Shown here: positions 63,601 to 64,000 of the stretch, piece by piece | Layout of the letters: each line of letters begins with the position of its first letter | Position numbering within the stretch: position 1 is the first letter of the stretch | Assembly: GCF_006345805.1 (NCBI RefSeq) | Contig: NC_043009.1 | Span: forward strand, 44,454,001 to 44,518,000 | Reading direction: 5' to 3' | DNA from: Octopus sinensis | Lineage: Eukaryota | DNA: 64,000 nt | Position numbers and translations under genes: made by a program | Notes under the pieces: model-generated | Told to the model about the DNA's origin: nothing | Seen by the model: only the letters and a program-made list of their open reading frames with translations | Database searches by the model: none

Positions 63601-64000
63601 AAGCTTCTTTTCACACCTGTACCATAGTGCTGCTTTTGGCCATAGCTCTGTTCTTGGCCATAGCTCTGCAGTGAATCTTAACTCTCCTCTTTTAGAACTG
63701 GAATTGAGTTAAACATAAGAGCAAAAGGATGAGGATATTGGTTTAGCAACTGGGAATAAGTTTTGCTGTTGTTTAACCCTGAGTCAGCCTCGATCCAACA
63801 GACAAACCCATGATCAAAGGCATTCTTAATCATAATCATAGCATCTTTTTTTTTATTTTTTAAGGTATTGTGCCTCAAGGATTACATTATCCAATGTGTC
63901 CTGTTTTTAAAATGTTAAGTTATGATTTGAGGGAAATCTGACTGCTATTTCTTGAAGGGGGAGCAATTATATAAATGCTCCTCCTAGCTTGGAGAAGGAG

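Overview
AT-rich eukaryotic DNA dominated by repeats and microsatellites. The repeat content (tRNA-headed SINEs with internal (TA)/(TG) tracts, an RTE LINE with a (GAT)n tail, TTAA-flanked MITEs) matches what I recognise from octopod cephalopods (Octopus sp.); the organism is my recognition, not a database result. I found no identifiable host protein-coding gene, no true tRNA/rRNA, no CRISPR and no prokaryotic system. Most long ORFs in the track come from microsatellites or repeats. Well supported: three SINE families (A, B, C here); one 5'-truncated, nearly intact RTE LINE (31630-33280, minus, YADD motif, one frameshift) plus about 10 RTE 3'-UTR fragments; decayed L1/Tx1-like, CR1-group and Hero/NeSL-like LINE pieces; a fold-back mariner derivative (54179-55040); two piggyBac-like MITE families; three local tandem duplications. 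The most interesting structures are a perfect 40-bp hairpin abutting an inverted 106-bp copy of nearby sequence, a spacerless tail-to-tail RTE palindrome, a hairpin VNTR in the RTE 3' UTR, a mariner with two 5' ends, and a SINE/LINE shared 3' tail. A few splice-site-bounded exon candidates are reported at low confidence. I cannot support a claim of a wholly new biological system. Coordinates were read by eye; repeat boundaries may be off by some tens of bases.
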